Shown here: positions 55,001 to 63,628 of the stretch, piece after piece
Layout of the letters: each line of letters starts with the position of its first letter
How positions within the stretch are numbered: the stretch's first letter is position 1
NCBI GenBank assembly: GCA_976226885.1
Contig: OZ320321.1
Coordinates: forward strand, 54,374,001-54,438,000
DNA: 64,000 nt
Reading direction: 5' to 3'
From: Iphione sp. A-MEVVRFRX5
Lineage: Eukaryota
Notes under the pieces: model-generated
Database searches by the model: none
Told to the model about the DNA's origin: nothing
Seen by the model: the letters and a program-made list of their open reading frames with translations, nothing else
Translations under genes and position numbers: made by a program

Positions 55001-56632
55001 CGGTTCAAAATTGCTGGCCGGGAACACTCGCAAACTAGGACGCATACTTCAAAAGCACGGGGGTCCGTGTCATAAAACTACAGGAGGCATTTCAGAGGAT
55101 TTTTTTTACCAGTTCTGTTATTTCGACATACATATCAGAGAAATATTTAAATAAAGAAATCTTCCCTGCATAAACACATTTTGTCTGCCCCGTTTGGCTT
55201 ATGGTGATAATGCTCTTTTTGGCAGTGAGTTCACTGGCCAATCTTCGACTTTTACCGGTGAGTCGTTTTACCGATGATTATTGATAAATAATGTACGAAA
55301 TTGCAGCTAAATGTTTAAAATATTGTTGAATGCTACAAGAAAAGCATGTGCTAAAGAAGTTCTCTTTTCTTATTCATTGCGATCTAAATGCATAAAAAAT
55401 ATTATGTAGGAGATTAGTGAACCAAAATTTACTCGAACTATTTCTGAGCATAATGTTCTGACTGGTATTCTTTTTATCATTAGTTGTCAGCTGAGAAAGC
55501 TCTGCTGCTCAAGCTTGCTAATGCCACATTGTTTTTGATACTTCATTCGAAACACATTAAATATGATAAACGGGGTGTTATTTACAAAGAGCCCCCCTTT
55601 TCCCCGCTCTCCTGGTGTATTGTTTAAAGACCCGTGCTACTTAACGCAGGCGTAAGCCATTTTTTTGGTATTCCATCTATTTTTGTTATAATTATACATT
55701 TATATACACCCCTTCCATATTCATGTTTTGTGAGTAGAACCAAACGAACTACACGCCTGGACGCATAACGACACTGTTACAATGACCCTGCCGTGCGATG
55801 AACGTGAAAGCAAAATTATGTGTACCTGCTGTTCGGCCACAAATGCGCTGCTCTCTTATGTTCAGCTGTATGCGTACTTTCAGTTTCATCCTTGTCACCA
55901 ATTGCTAAAGAAATCTCAGTCTTCACTCGCTGTGGCAATCACACACAAACACACACTCTCTCTCTCTCCCGCATGCCCAAAAGAAAAATGCCTAATGCAT
56001 GAGTGGCAGATCATAAATAAAATGCACTTTCATCTGTTGTATTGCATGATCTTTCCTGGTCGTCGCTTCTTTTTTTATTTGCATCACCCAGTGCAACAAT
56101 GCTTTTTCAATCACATTTTTTTCTGATTTTGTATTATAACATGTAAAGTCACTCTGCCCACAGGCCATCTTTAACACCAACAAAAGTTTCCTTTGATATT
56201 TCAGTTCCCACTTTATAAAAAAAATGTGCCGTTTTATAGTAGCATAGATTGTTCACAAGTTTATTTACTCTTTAGAATTTCTTTGATGTGATCTCAAAAT
56301 TCTTTTTTGTCGTTTTTCTACTGTCAGCCATCAGTGAGTCTCTAAAAAGGCATAATTTTGTGGCGTTTTTTTTTTTCTCGACAGACAACCAGCGAGCCCA
56401 CAGCACGCCAGGCCCAGCCTCCATGATTCGGAGACTCTCACTTCCTGTCAGCCAGAGCGAGGCCCTGCGAGAAGTGGCGGCCCCTAGCGTAGAGCAAGCC
56501 GAGGCAACCGGAAGCCCCCCAAGCGATGACGACAGCCAGGGATCGAGCAGGAATCGCAACCAGCGGCCCAGTCGCCACAACACGATTGTTGGCGTCAACG
56601 TCGCCTCACAGATGTTCACGGAGAAGCTGTGA
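26062..56632 (+). CDS. MPRIP: Multi-exon gene, myosin phosphatase Rho-interacting protein / TRIOBP / outspread family (PH domain plus long coiled coil); 5' end incomplete
   Basis: 20 exons with canonical AG/GT ends and matching phases join into one frame of 10,122 nt ending at TGA 56630-56632. PH segment DLMYMKKGWLLKQHDDK-DWSKHWFVL...RNYGF...LSAMTSGIRNNWMQAI and tail RGFSSMEKSHQR...EETKATQAALDAMRKAH...SVKCLEN match the MPRIP/TRIOBP sequences as I recall them. Orthology to MPRIP versus TRIOBP is not resolved. Confidence 0.92.
28465..28623. other. Assembly gap (N run)
   Basis: Ns in the sequence. Confidence 0.99.
31383..31472 (+). CDS. MPRIP: MPRIP-like exon, 90 nt (MAKSGELAARIGHHLPDSPGKTSQRHDPYD), phase 0-0
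   Basis: Pyrimidine tract and CAG acceptor; GAC|GTGAGT donor; open frame; directly precedes the PH exon. Confidence 0.75.
31984..32034 (+). CDS. MPRIP: MPRIP-like exon, PH domain start (DLMYMKKGWLLKQHDDK)
   Basis: CAG acceptor, AAA|GTAAGT donor, KKGWL PH strand-1 motif. Confidence 0.93.
32110..32147. repeat. (TGTC)n-like microsatellite running into an assembly gap
   Basis: ctgtctgcatgtctgtcagtctgtttgtctgtctgtcc followed by Ns. Confidence 0.75.
32149..32312. other. Assembly gap (N run)
   Basis: Ns in the sequence. Confidence 0.99.
35030..35220 (-). mobile_element. Possible decayed Harbinger transposase N-terminal fragment
   Basis: Minus-strand RHHRQK*RFW*RVWVHR then, after a frameshift, SEFHLRDQKKQRF..YF, resembling RRR.WWVHP...GEFH.L...RF..YFRM; weak. 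Confidence 0.28.
37610..37771 (+). CDS. MPRIP: MPRIP-like exon, PH core (DWSKHWFVLSGASLKFYQD...TRNYGFRLK)
   Basis: CAGCAG acceptor, AAG|GTGCGT donor, 54 codons of recognisable PH sequence. Confidence 0.95.
38070..38714 (+). CDS. MPRIP: MPRIP-like exon, PH C-terminal helix (LSAMTSGIRNNWMQAIQK) plus Ser-rich linker
   Basis: TTACAG acceptor; GAG|GTAGGC donor; same frame as ORF 38103. Confidence 0.9.
39023..39646 (+). CDS. MPRIP: MPRIP-like exon (DEEENKSR...RAPSAKVKEKSRAKSPRPRSPP...HWKE)
   Basis: CGCAG acceptor, GAG|GTCAGT donor, 208 open codons, phase 0-0. Confidence 0.85.
40034..40138 (+). CDS. MPRIP: MPRIP-like exon (DDQDRGDG...ENALVDLLETE)
   Basis: AACAG acceptor, GAG|GTAAAT donor, 35 codons; joins the next exon to give LVDLLETEVESLKGQLE, a coiled-coil start. 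Confidence 0.85.
41556..41714 (+). CDS. MPRIP: MPRIP-like exon, coiled coil (VESLKGQLE...RYLTQ)
   Basis: TTTCAG acceptor, CAG|GTAAAC donor, phase 0-0. Confidence 0.88.
41980..42096 (+). CDS. MPRIP: MPRIP-like exon, coiled coil (IEDIQDQM...ELTKLQ)
   Basis: TTGTAG acceptor, CAG|GTATGG donor, 39 codons. Confidence 0.85.
42602..47088 (+). CDS. MPRIP: MPRIP-like giant exon, 4,487 nt, long coiled coil, phase 0-2
   Basis: TCTCAG acceptor at 42600-42601, in frame with the 1482-aa ORF; AC|GTAAGT donor at 47089; E/L/K/Q-rich heptad composition. Confidence 0.92.
47273..47531 (+). CDS. MPRIP: MPRIP-like exon (ENHQVELAQH...MEHIQ), phase 2-0
   Basis: CCAG acceptor whose phase matches the giant exon; CAG|GTACGA donor. 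Confidence 0.88.
47953..48120 (+). CDS. MPRIP: MPRIP-like exon (ADYEQEL...RKRYTKEIEHIK)
   Basis: TTCAG acceptor, AAG|GTATCT donor, 56 codons. Confidence 0.9.
48338..48485 (+). CDS. MPRIP: MPRIP-like exon (EIYDRGFSSMEKSHQR...EETKATQA), phase 0-1
   Basis: Conserved family C-terminal motif; TTGCAG acceptor, G|GTGAGT donor. Confidence 0.95.
49851..49971 (+). CDS. MPRIP: MPRIP-like exon (ALDAMRKAHEAE...IQRQH), phase 1-2
   Basis: TACAG acceptor, GA|GTAAGT donor; similar to AIEAMKNAHREE. Confidence 0.93.
50163..50315 (+). CDS. MPRIP: MPRIP-like exon (EDLELIQNE...SVKCLENA...ELMAR), phase 2-2
   Basis: TTCAG acceptor, AG|GTGAGC donor, conserved S.KCLEN. Confidence 0.93.
50566..50692 (+). CDS. MPRIP: MPRIP-like exon (NEELNLRLRQDIERL...EVYDLR), phase 2-0
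   Basis: CGCAG acceptor, AGG|GTGAGC donor; similar to NQELNNRLAAEI. Confidence 0.9.
51603..51689 (+). CDS. MPRIP: MPRIP-like exon (VALKVKDVEMQQLRDEIEGLKTQLLGTTE)
   Basis: AACAG acceptor, GAG|GTGAAG donor; similar to VLLRVKESEIQYLKQEI. Confidence 0.9.
52585..52783 (+). CDS. MPRIP: MPRIP-like exon (ELEDSMEKYQ...ESRR), phase 0-1
   Basis: GTAG acceptor; G|GTAGAT donor is weak, and read-through would stop at 52789-52791. Confidence 0.8.
53148..53327 (+). CDS. MPRIP: Probable penultimate exon (GSPDSMHLDD...FLWRQR), symmetric phase 1-1
   Basis: Long pyrimidine tract with CAGAAG tandem acceptor; C|GTAGGT donor; 180 nt open. Confidence 0.65.
56385..56632 (+). CDS. MPRIP: Terminal coding exon (NQRAHSTPG...MFTEKL*)
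   Basis: Poly-T tract and ACAG acceptor in phase 1; GC-rich open frame to TGA; AATAAA at 56712. Confidence 0.8.
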
Positions 56633-56643
56633 GGTCCCAAGGG

Positions 56644-56646
<3 letters not shown>

Positions 56647-56682
<36 letters not shown>
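56647..56682. repeat. (AT)18 microsatellite in the proximal 3' UTR of the MPRIP-like gene
   Basis: Direct reading; begins 15 nt after the stop. Confidence 0.95.
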
Positions 56683-56685
<3 letters not shown>

Positions 56686-56711
56686 CATAAACATCCCACC
56701 ACGAACTGGAA

Positions 56712-56717
56712 AATAAA
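56712..56717 (+). terminator. Candidate proximal polyadenylation signal of the MPRIP-like gene
   Basis: AATAAA 80 nt after the stop. Confidence 0.4.
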
Positions 56718-59420
56718 TGCATCTGCGACCTTAGGCAGCAAGTTTACAAGAAACCGTGTTCCTGCCCATCACCAAACAGAAGACTAAGAGTATTGTGTTC
56801 AAGAGTACGTTTACCCACACCTGGCGTTTATTCGATGTTGCAGTCAGGTGAATGTCTCGACACATTGGAACGTAGTTTATATTTTTATATAGTTTATAGT
56901 GGGAACATTTCCTGTTCGGTCTATATCATAATATTTTACAACTGTACATAATACCATCGAGTTCATATGTGAAGGTGCCTTGGAGGTACTTCGTTGTAGC
57001 ATCCCCAATACATGTATAGTGTGTAATATTCAGTCAACTGTAACAGATGTAGCATTCAGTCGAGACGTTCATTGACATTGTATAGAAATCATACTCAACA
57101 GTCATTTGTTAGCAAACGACATCGGTTTTGGACGAGGCTAGTGGACCACCGACCTGGGCTTTCCCACCATGGAATCTAGAACAACGTTGGAACATGGGTA
57201 TCTCGGATGATCTTACTGCACGGACAGGCACTCATTCGTTGCTCTACTACTGGGGTGTTGAGGTCATCTTAGCAGTGTACAGTCTACTTTTCAAGGAAGA
57301 CTTGCACAACCTGATGAATGAGACCCCATGAAGATAAAACTTCATGATATAGACCGCACATTGGCTCAGTGGTAAGGGTAGGGAGTAAATGTACTGACAG
57401 TTCTTATTCCTATTACACCGCAATGGTTTAGTTATCTATGAATATTCTAGTTATCTGAGCAGAACTCCCATCTTTTGACAGAAGGAAGCAAAGCCTGGAG
57501 GTGTGTTGACTGTTGTGGGTAAACCTCCCTCTTTTTCTCAGGTACAGCCTGGTCCGTGACTAGCCTCGTCAAAAACCTCTCTCGTTGTATGACTGCATTA
57601 TGTAGCTTTAGAATTCATACTACGTACTGAAATATGTTTAAAATGCTGCTAAGCCTGACTGTGATGGGGCGTTTTGTTATAACTATGAGTTGGACGTGGG
57701 ACCAGAAGTGTACTTGTCTACATTCGACTTTGTTACTTCGAAAGGGACCCTCAAATAACATTTAAAACGGTGGCCGTCGATTGTGAAGAGAATGCACATG
57801 GCATTGTACATAGACGAATGAGAAACCAGCTGCTGTTTTAACCTGCAGTAAATACTCATCCTTGATTATATATTCTTCACCCCGCTAATTATTCTGGAGC
57901 TTTGATGAGGTCTTCCATTATATTTTTATACTCATCATATCCTACTTGCAAAACAGACTTCATAATTGCCAAACCTCATACACATACTCTCTTCTACTTA
58001 CATTTCCATCAATTGATGACATATTTCATAGTTAATCACTTGGCGCCATTTGTATAACGCTTATATACAACCAATATATTTTCCGTTTTCTCCTATAAAA
58101 TATTTATAAAGGTTAAATTCATCCGACCGTAAACCCTTTGGTGTGCCCATGGTGGATTTTGTTTCTCTGCCTCATATGTAGTCTGGAATCATTACGAAGG
58201 TTTATTCCATAGTACATTGGCGGGACTCCAGAGGGTTTACATTAGGCTCTTAAGTAGATTTCCTTTGATAAAATGAGACACGAGAATCCATCCTCCCAAT
58301 CTTGCCTACCATGCTGTCTCCTTGATCACAACCTACCAGTAGCAATAATTTTTTTCAACGAGGTGATTTGGACAGAGAGTTAATTTCAGTAGTTGGGTGA
58401 ACTTCTTAGGGAAGCGAGTGTATGTTTTCTTTCGCGTTACAGGCATTGTTTCTTTGATGTGAGGAAAAGTTGTGTTCTTAATTTGTGATATGTTTGTTAC
58501 TGTGTTGTTCAAGTTTCGTTGCCACATGCGTCTTTGGATAAACTGGCAAGGTTGAGGGTCGGAGTGGATGATTGTGTGCCTCAAGTCTACATTCGTCGTG
58601 TAATATGTCAGTTCCCAGCTATCCTGTACCTGTCGAACTGGGTTGGGAAGGAGAGTACATTGTATTTTCTTTCGGTTTTAACATAGTGAACCCAGTTGAC
58701 TAGTTATTCCCAATCAAATAAGCCTAGTGATGTTTTGTACCAGTTGTTTCCGAAGATGTCCTCATCACTTAGGAAATGTCAACCTGTCGGAAGTTATTTT
58801 TGAAGCTATATATTTAGGAAAGAGAACCTCATATATGACGTGGCATATTCATTAGCGATTGATATGCTGAGAATCCACTGCCAGTTAACATTTGCCGTAT
58901 TCTTTTGACTACTTTTTCATAGACTGAGATATCACTGCTATTGAAGAAGTTTCATGCACGTCAGGGACCAGGTTCACCCGAAACCGGAAGGAGAGACCAC
59001 TGTTGGATACTAATTTCAGTGTTTACTTTATTATTATTCTGACGGTTCTTCAAATATCTGAGGGGGGGAAAAACGTTCATAAAGACTGAGGTGATGAGCT
59101 CCTTCGTTGTTTAATGTGCAGATCGTCTTCCCGGACATTTTCTAAGTGATTCTTTCCAGTCAAATATAAAAGTATTATTTAAATCAAAAACGCAGTTTTT
59201 GTACATAGCATGTGAGAGTCCACAGATGCAATTATCTGACAGTACAAATATAAAAATGTATAAACAACTAATCATTACATGTACAGTTTTTAACCCATGA
59301 CATTTGTACTGCATGAAAATAAAGAATATGACATATCATATGCAGTGTTGTCCCTTGCGTAACAATAAATTTCTATCAGAACGAATCAACAAATAACTCT
59401 TGTGCAGGAAAGTATGAGGC

Positions 59421-59426
59421 TTTATT
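59421..59426 (-). terminator. Candidate ECHS1 polyadenylation signal
   Basis: TTTATT on the plus strand, about 420 nt downstream of the ECHS1 stop. Confidence 0.5.
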
Positions 59427-59847
59427 ACTGAGAACGTTGAGAAACATGCCCAATCCTATAACATTATGGCCCCATATACAAATGACTAGGTGCAGCTTCA
59501 CGTGGTTGCGGAGATGCACTGTCAAAACGAAGAAACCAACTGACCTATCGCCGAGGTGCTAGCGGAACAGGTACTGTAGATGACGTTTTTTTGTTATTTG
59601 TGATGTCATAACAGACACCACAAGAAAAGTAAACAGACAAAATGCCTGACAGCATCCTGCATTCAAAACTTTGACACCGGCCTCTCCGTGATGCCGAGAT
59701 GGTCTCGTGTTTTGTAAAGGCACTGCGTCGATGGGTCAGGGTGGGATTTCACCAGTGTCCCGGAAAATTAAATTTGCCTCAAATACTAAGTGTGCTTGGT
59801 TCGTATGGTTGCTTGGTTCGTATGGTTGGTCTTTGCACAGGTAGTCT

Positions 59848-59913
59848 TCACTCGTTTTTAAATTCTGGACTCCGCTTCTCGGCAAATGCTGTCATACCCT
59901 CTCGACGGTCGTT
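59848..59913 (-). CDS. ECHS1: ECHS1 last coding exon (NDRREGMTAFAEKRSPEFKNE*)
   Basis: Matches the DRKEGMTAFVEKRKANF C-terminus; CAG acceptor; TGA stop. Confidence 0.95.
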   Translation of the reverse strand, partial: NDRREGMTAFAEKRSPEFKNE

Positions 59914-60253
59914 CTGAGAAGAGAGACATTGCAATCTATAATGTGCAGCTGTAGCTGACCTGTGGAGGTCATGGAAGAAGCAAATGGACCGAAACAGCAA
60001 TAACCGTGGAAACACGCAGACTTGCACCCAATCTCACACTCCAGACTCATACTCCCGCCCAAACTCGCACTAAAGACTGAATGCGAGTGTACAATTACCA
60101 CTATTCTCCAGTTTCCATGTTTCCCGTTTTGGTTATCATTAGTGTCAGTTCCATAACTATAATTAACCATTGAAACGTGCAGTGCACTCATGTAGTCTGA
60201 AACACAGGCCTATAAATCCTAATTCAGTTACTTTTTATCAATTAGTGCCTTAC

Positions 60254-60321
60254 CGTTGCGAATGTTTGGTGGAACATGCGCCTCTCAAAACGAATTCCCT
60301 CATTCAGACTGACTTCGTAGG
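60254..60321 (-). CDS. ECHS1: ECHS1 penultimate exon (SYEVSLNEGIRFERRMFHQTFAT)
   Basis: Phase 1 to 0, TTGCAG acceptor, ACG|GTAAGG donor; not in the ORF track. Confidence 0.93.
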
Positions 60322-60548
60322 CTGCAAGAGAACCTTGCTGTCGGTAACCATGTTAGGATATCACAAAACATGGATCTTTATAATGAAATGGAAGTAGGGC
60401 TATAAATGAAACATTATTGACAGGCGGAAAATTTCTCGAGTTGGTCCGCTTAAATTGGACTTCCTGAATTGAAGGCCATATTTTCTGGGTAGCCTCCCCA
60501 TAGAAGAAAATTCCCCAAACGAAAATCCGCTGGTTTGCTATAACTTAC

Positions 60549-60773
60549 AGGTCTGGACACACTCTTTGCACATCATGGTGATGAGACGTGAGTGGCTGGC
60601 GATCTTCTCGGCGGTTTTGATGGCCTCGTCTACCACCTGGTCGGCTGGGAACACCTTGCTTACCAGACCAGCCGACTCGGCCTCTTGAGCAGTAATTCTA
60701 TTACCGGTCAGCACCATCTCCATCGCCTTGGATTTTCCCACGGCCTTCGTCAGCCTCTGAGTGCCTCCAGAAC
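60549..60773 (-). CDS. ECHS1: Enoyl-CoA hydratase (crotonase) exon ([24 protein letters not shown]...CKECVQT)
   Basis: Signature GGTQRL.(R/K)[13 protein letters not shown]; CAG acceptor and T|GTAAGT donor on the minus strand. Confidence 0.96.
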
Positions 60774-61282
60774 CTGTGCACGGATAAAGTATCCATTATT
60801 GTACAGTTTCTTAAAGTTGGATCTTTTACGAACATTAATGTCGATCTTCTGGGCATTCCAGTGATAGGGTGAGAGGAAGCAACAAGTCCACGCAGCAGCT
60901 GTACACGCAGCCTCGGTCAAGAAGTAACTAAAACGGTCAGCGCCAAATTTGCATGTTTACATGAGATGAAAAGTATGATACAATACGTCCAGGTACAGTG
61001 TTCGTGTACAAGTAATATAATCAATGACGCTAATTGGATGCAATAGACAACTGGTAGGTAATACACAGTTGTTTTATTTTTCAGAAATATCAAAACACAT
61101 GAGATGAACAACCGATTTCTGCGCAAGAACAAACATTCTACTGGAAGAATGCTCATCTGACTAGTTTTCGCTATGATATTATACAAAGGGAACAAGTACA
61201 ATTTTTTTTCTATATTGCTTCTGACATACGCGTCTTAGGGGTATGGGTGAAAGGTCGTGCTTGTGCCGCGCTCCGCGACTAA

Positions 61283-62897
61283 ATGTCAAAATTACACATA
61301 ATGGCAAGGTGTAAAAGGACTAAACAGCCCAAATCGAAAGACAAGGAGTTGGAGCATCTGACGAGAATGTCAAATCACACTGGAAATAAGGTTTCACTCA
61401 AACTAGGAGCCAAATCAGTGGATCTAACTGCCGGAAAATTTGAAAACCGACCGTTAAACGGTAACAACGGGCGCCACCACCCATTATCACCCGCACTACC
61501 GGGAGACGAGGCTACCATGGGCGGTAGAGAACACTTGGACAACCGCACGGGGTCTGACATGGTACCAGACAAAGCTCAAGGTAATGACGATAATCAATCT
61601 CACCTGAACAGAATTGCATCAGAAATATTTGACAATGAAATATTCATTCTCATAGAGGTTGAAAAAATCAAAAACATTACTGACTCAGCCATTAAAAGTC
61701 ATGAGGTGACCATCAAACATCTATTGCAGGACAACCTGGCACTAACACAAAAACTAAAAGACATGACGGTAAGAATTAATGAGCTGGAGGAGAGGATCTC
61801 AAAATTAAAATGTGATGAGTTAAAACCACAAACTGAGGAGAGAGAACCACCTTTCCACAACACTAACATCTTAAACCACAACTCCGCTCAAGACGAACAT
61901 CAATCACAAAATGCCCATCAGGACACTCTGTTGCAACATCAAGACACTCTGTCGCAACAGACGTATGACCGTAGGAAAAATATCATTGAATCGGGTCTCC
62001 CTGATAGTCCCAAATACAATCTCAAGGAGGCTATATATGACATATGTAACTCAATTGACTCAGGAGTGACTGAATGTGACATAAGGTCAATTGACTGGAT
62101 AGGTAGATATCAGCATGGTAAAGAGAGGTTAGTCAAGGTTGAATTCTACACCGTCACATCCAGGAACAAAATCTACTCAAAAAGACACAAGCTAAAGAAC
62201 TTGCAGGAATACGCCTTTATTTTTCTTAGAGAGGATATTCAAAGAGAGGCCAGACAAATCTATCACAACCTGCAGGAAATAGCCAACTATGCCAGGAAAG
62301 AAGGCCTGAAAGCAGGAGTAGTGGGATTGTCACTTCGCATAGAGGGAAAGCTGTACAACCACAACATGCTGCAAGACCTCCCGCATGGATTAACACTTGA
62401 AAAGGCAAACACTATAGAAAACAAAGAGATATTTGCATACAGAGGTGCAGCATGCTTGTTGTCGACGCTACACCCTACCCCTGTGACCATATATGGTGAA
62501 ACGCATAGGACTGCTGAGCATGCGCTACAGGTAACAAAGGCGAATGTATGCAACGACACACTGGCAGCGCGAAAAATCAAACAGACGGTTGACCCAGTCC
62601 AAGCGAGACGCTTTGGTGACTCAGTACATACAACGGAGCATTGGGAGAGCGTGGAAAAGGACACACTGTATCAGATACTGCTTGAAAGGAACAGACAGCA
62701 TAAGGAAACAGATCTCTGCCTAAAGCAAACTAAAGGTAAGAAAATCGTAGAAGTATCACCTCACAATACCTATGGTAGTGCCTGCCGTCTTGATGACATT
62801 TCCCTATCGGTGGGCAACTAACTATCTTGGCAGGAACTATGTGGGTGAAACACTTACCATACTACGAGGCAACTCTACCCTTGTACACACTGAATAA
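61283..62897 (+). CDS. LINE ORF1: coiled coil, RRM-like region and C-terminal NADAR/YbiA-like domain; +1 frameshift near 62810
   Basis: Heptads LTQKLKDMTVRINELEERISKL; RRKNII.SGLP...IG...VKVEF...IFLREDI ORF1 pattern; NADAR-like LLSTLHPTPV.IYG..H.TAEHALQVTKA...IVEVSP. After the TAA at 62819 the +1 frame supplies NYLGRNYVGETLTILR up to TAA 62895. Confidence 0.75.
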
Positions 62898-62950
62898 CAT
62901 TTTGTGCCCACAAACATTCACAGTCTCTTGTGTATCATATTTACAGGCCC

Positions 62951-63564
62951 ATGATGCCCACAAGAGTAAGGTTCATTACCAACAATCGAGGCCAGGAGTT
63001 CAGCAGAACGGTTGAACACTGCATAGGAGATAGGTTCGACTGGACGACAATGATCATCCCTCAGGCGAAGTATGAGGACCTGGTTGCTATGCTGGATAAC
63101 ATGCCCATACTTGGGATCGATATTACCCTTATTTATTTAGGTTTTTATGATATGGTCCAATACACACATATGGGCCTAAAACCAAGGTACACTACCATGC
63201 TGGGACTTGATCACGACTTGTGGGAAAATATGTCAACGATTGTAAATGCTCTGTTTCAGCCCTATACCACCCAGTTGTTTTCTTACCTGTGCATGGAATA
63301 TCAATTGGTGACTCTCACCCCAGGGATCAAAGTGACTTGAACAAACATTTTGCGATCCACAACTGCCTAGTGGAGGCGATGAATAATCGGAACGGGGTGA
63401 GCATGCCAGACACTGCCTCACCAGTCAACGAAATCATAGGGCATCACACTGTATTTAACGGTGAACTGATCAACGAGGATGATGAGGTGCACAGCCACGT
63501 AGTTGACATGTGGCTTGAACAAATTGAAGTGTTCCTCATTGACAATTATTGCTACAAGTATTGA
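62951..63564 (+). CDS. Intermediate LINE ORF, degenerate SGNH/GDSL esterase-like fold; one frameshift near 63265
   Basis: Joining ORFs 62930 and 63220 gives spacing like SGNH blocks (RVRFITNNRG / IIPQAKYEDL / ITLIYLGFYDM / LINEDDEVH...MWLEQI), but the catalytic residues are not canonical. Confidence 0.45.
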
Positions 63565-63628
63565 TATATCTGTCTACTGTAATGATATCCTTATCAACAT
63601 CATCAATTTTGTGTAAGAAAAGGGTGCA

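Noticed and set aside
57361-57372. tRNA A-box-like TGGCTCAGTGG (possible SINE or tRNA)
   Set aside because: No B-box or cloverleaf downstream
59793-59828. 17-bp direct duplication in the ECHS1 3' UTR (a similar one at 18105-18135)
   Set aside because: Ordinary slippage-type duplication with nothing suggesting function
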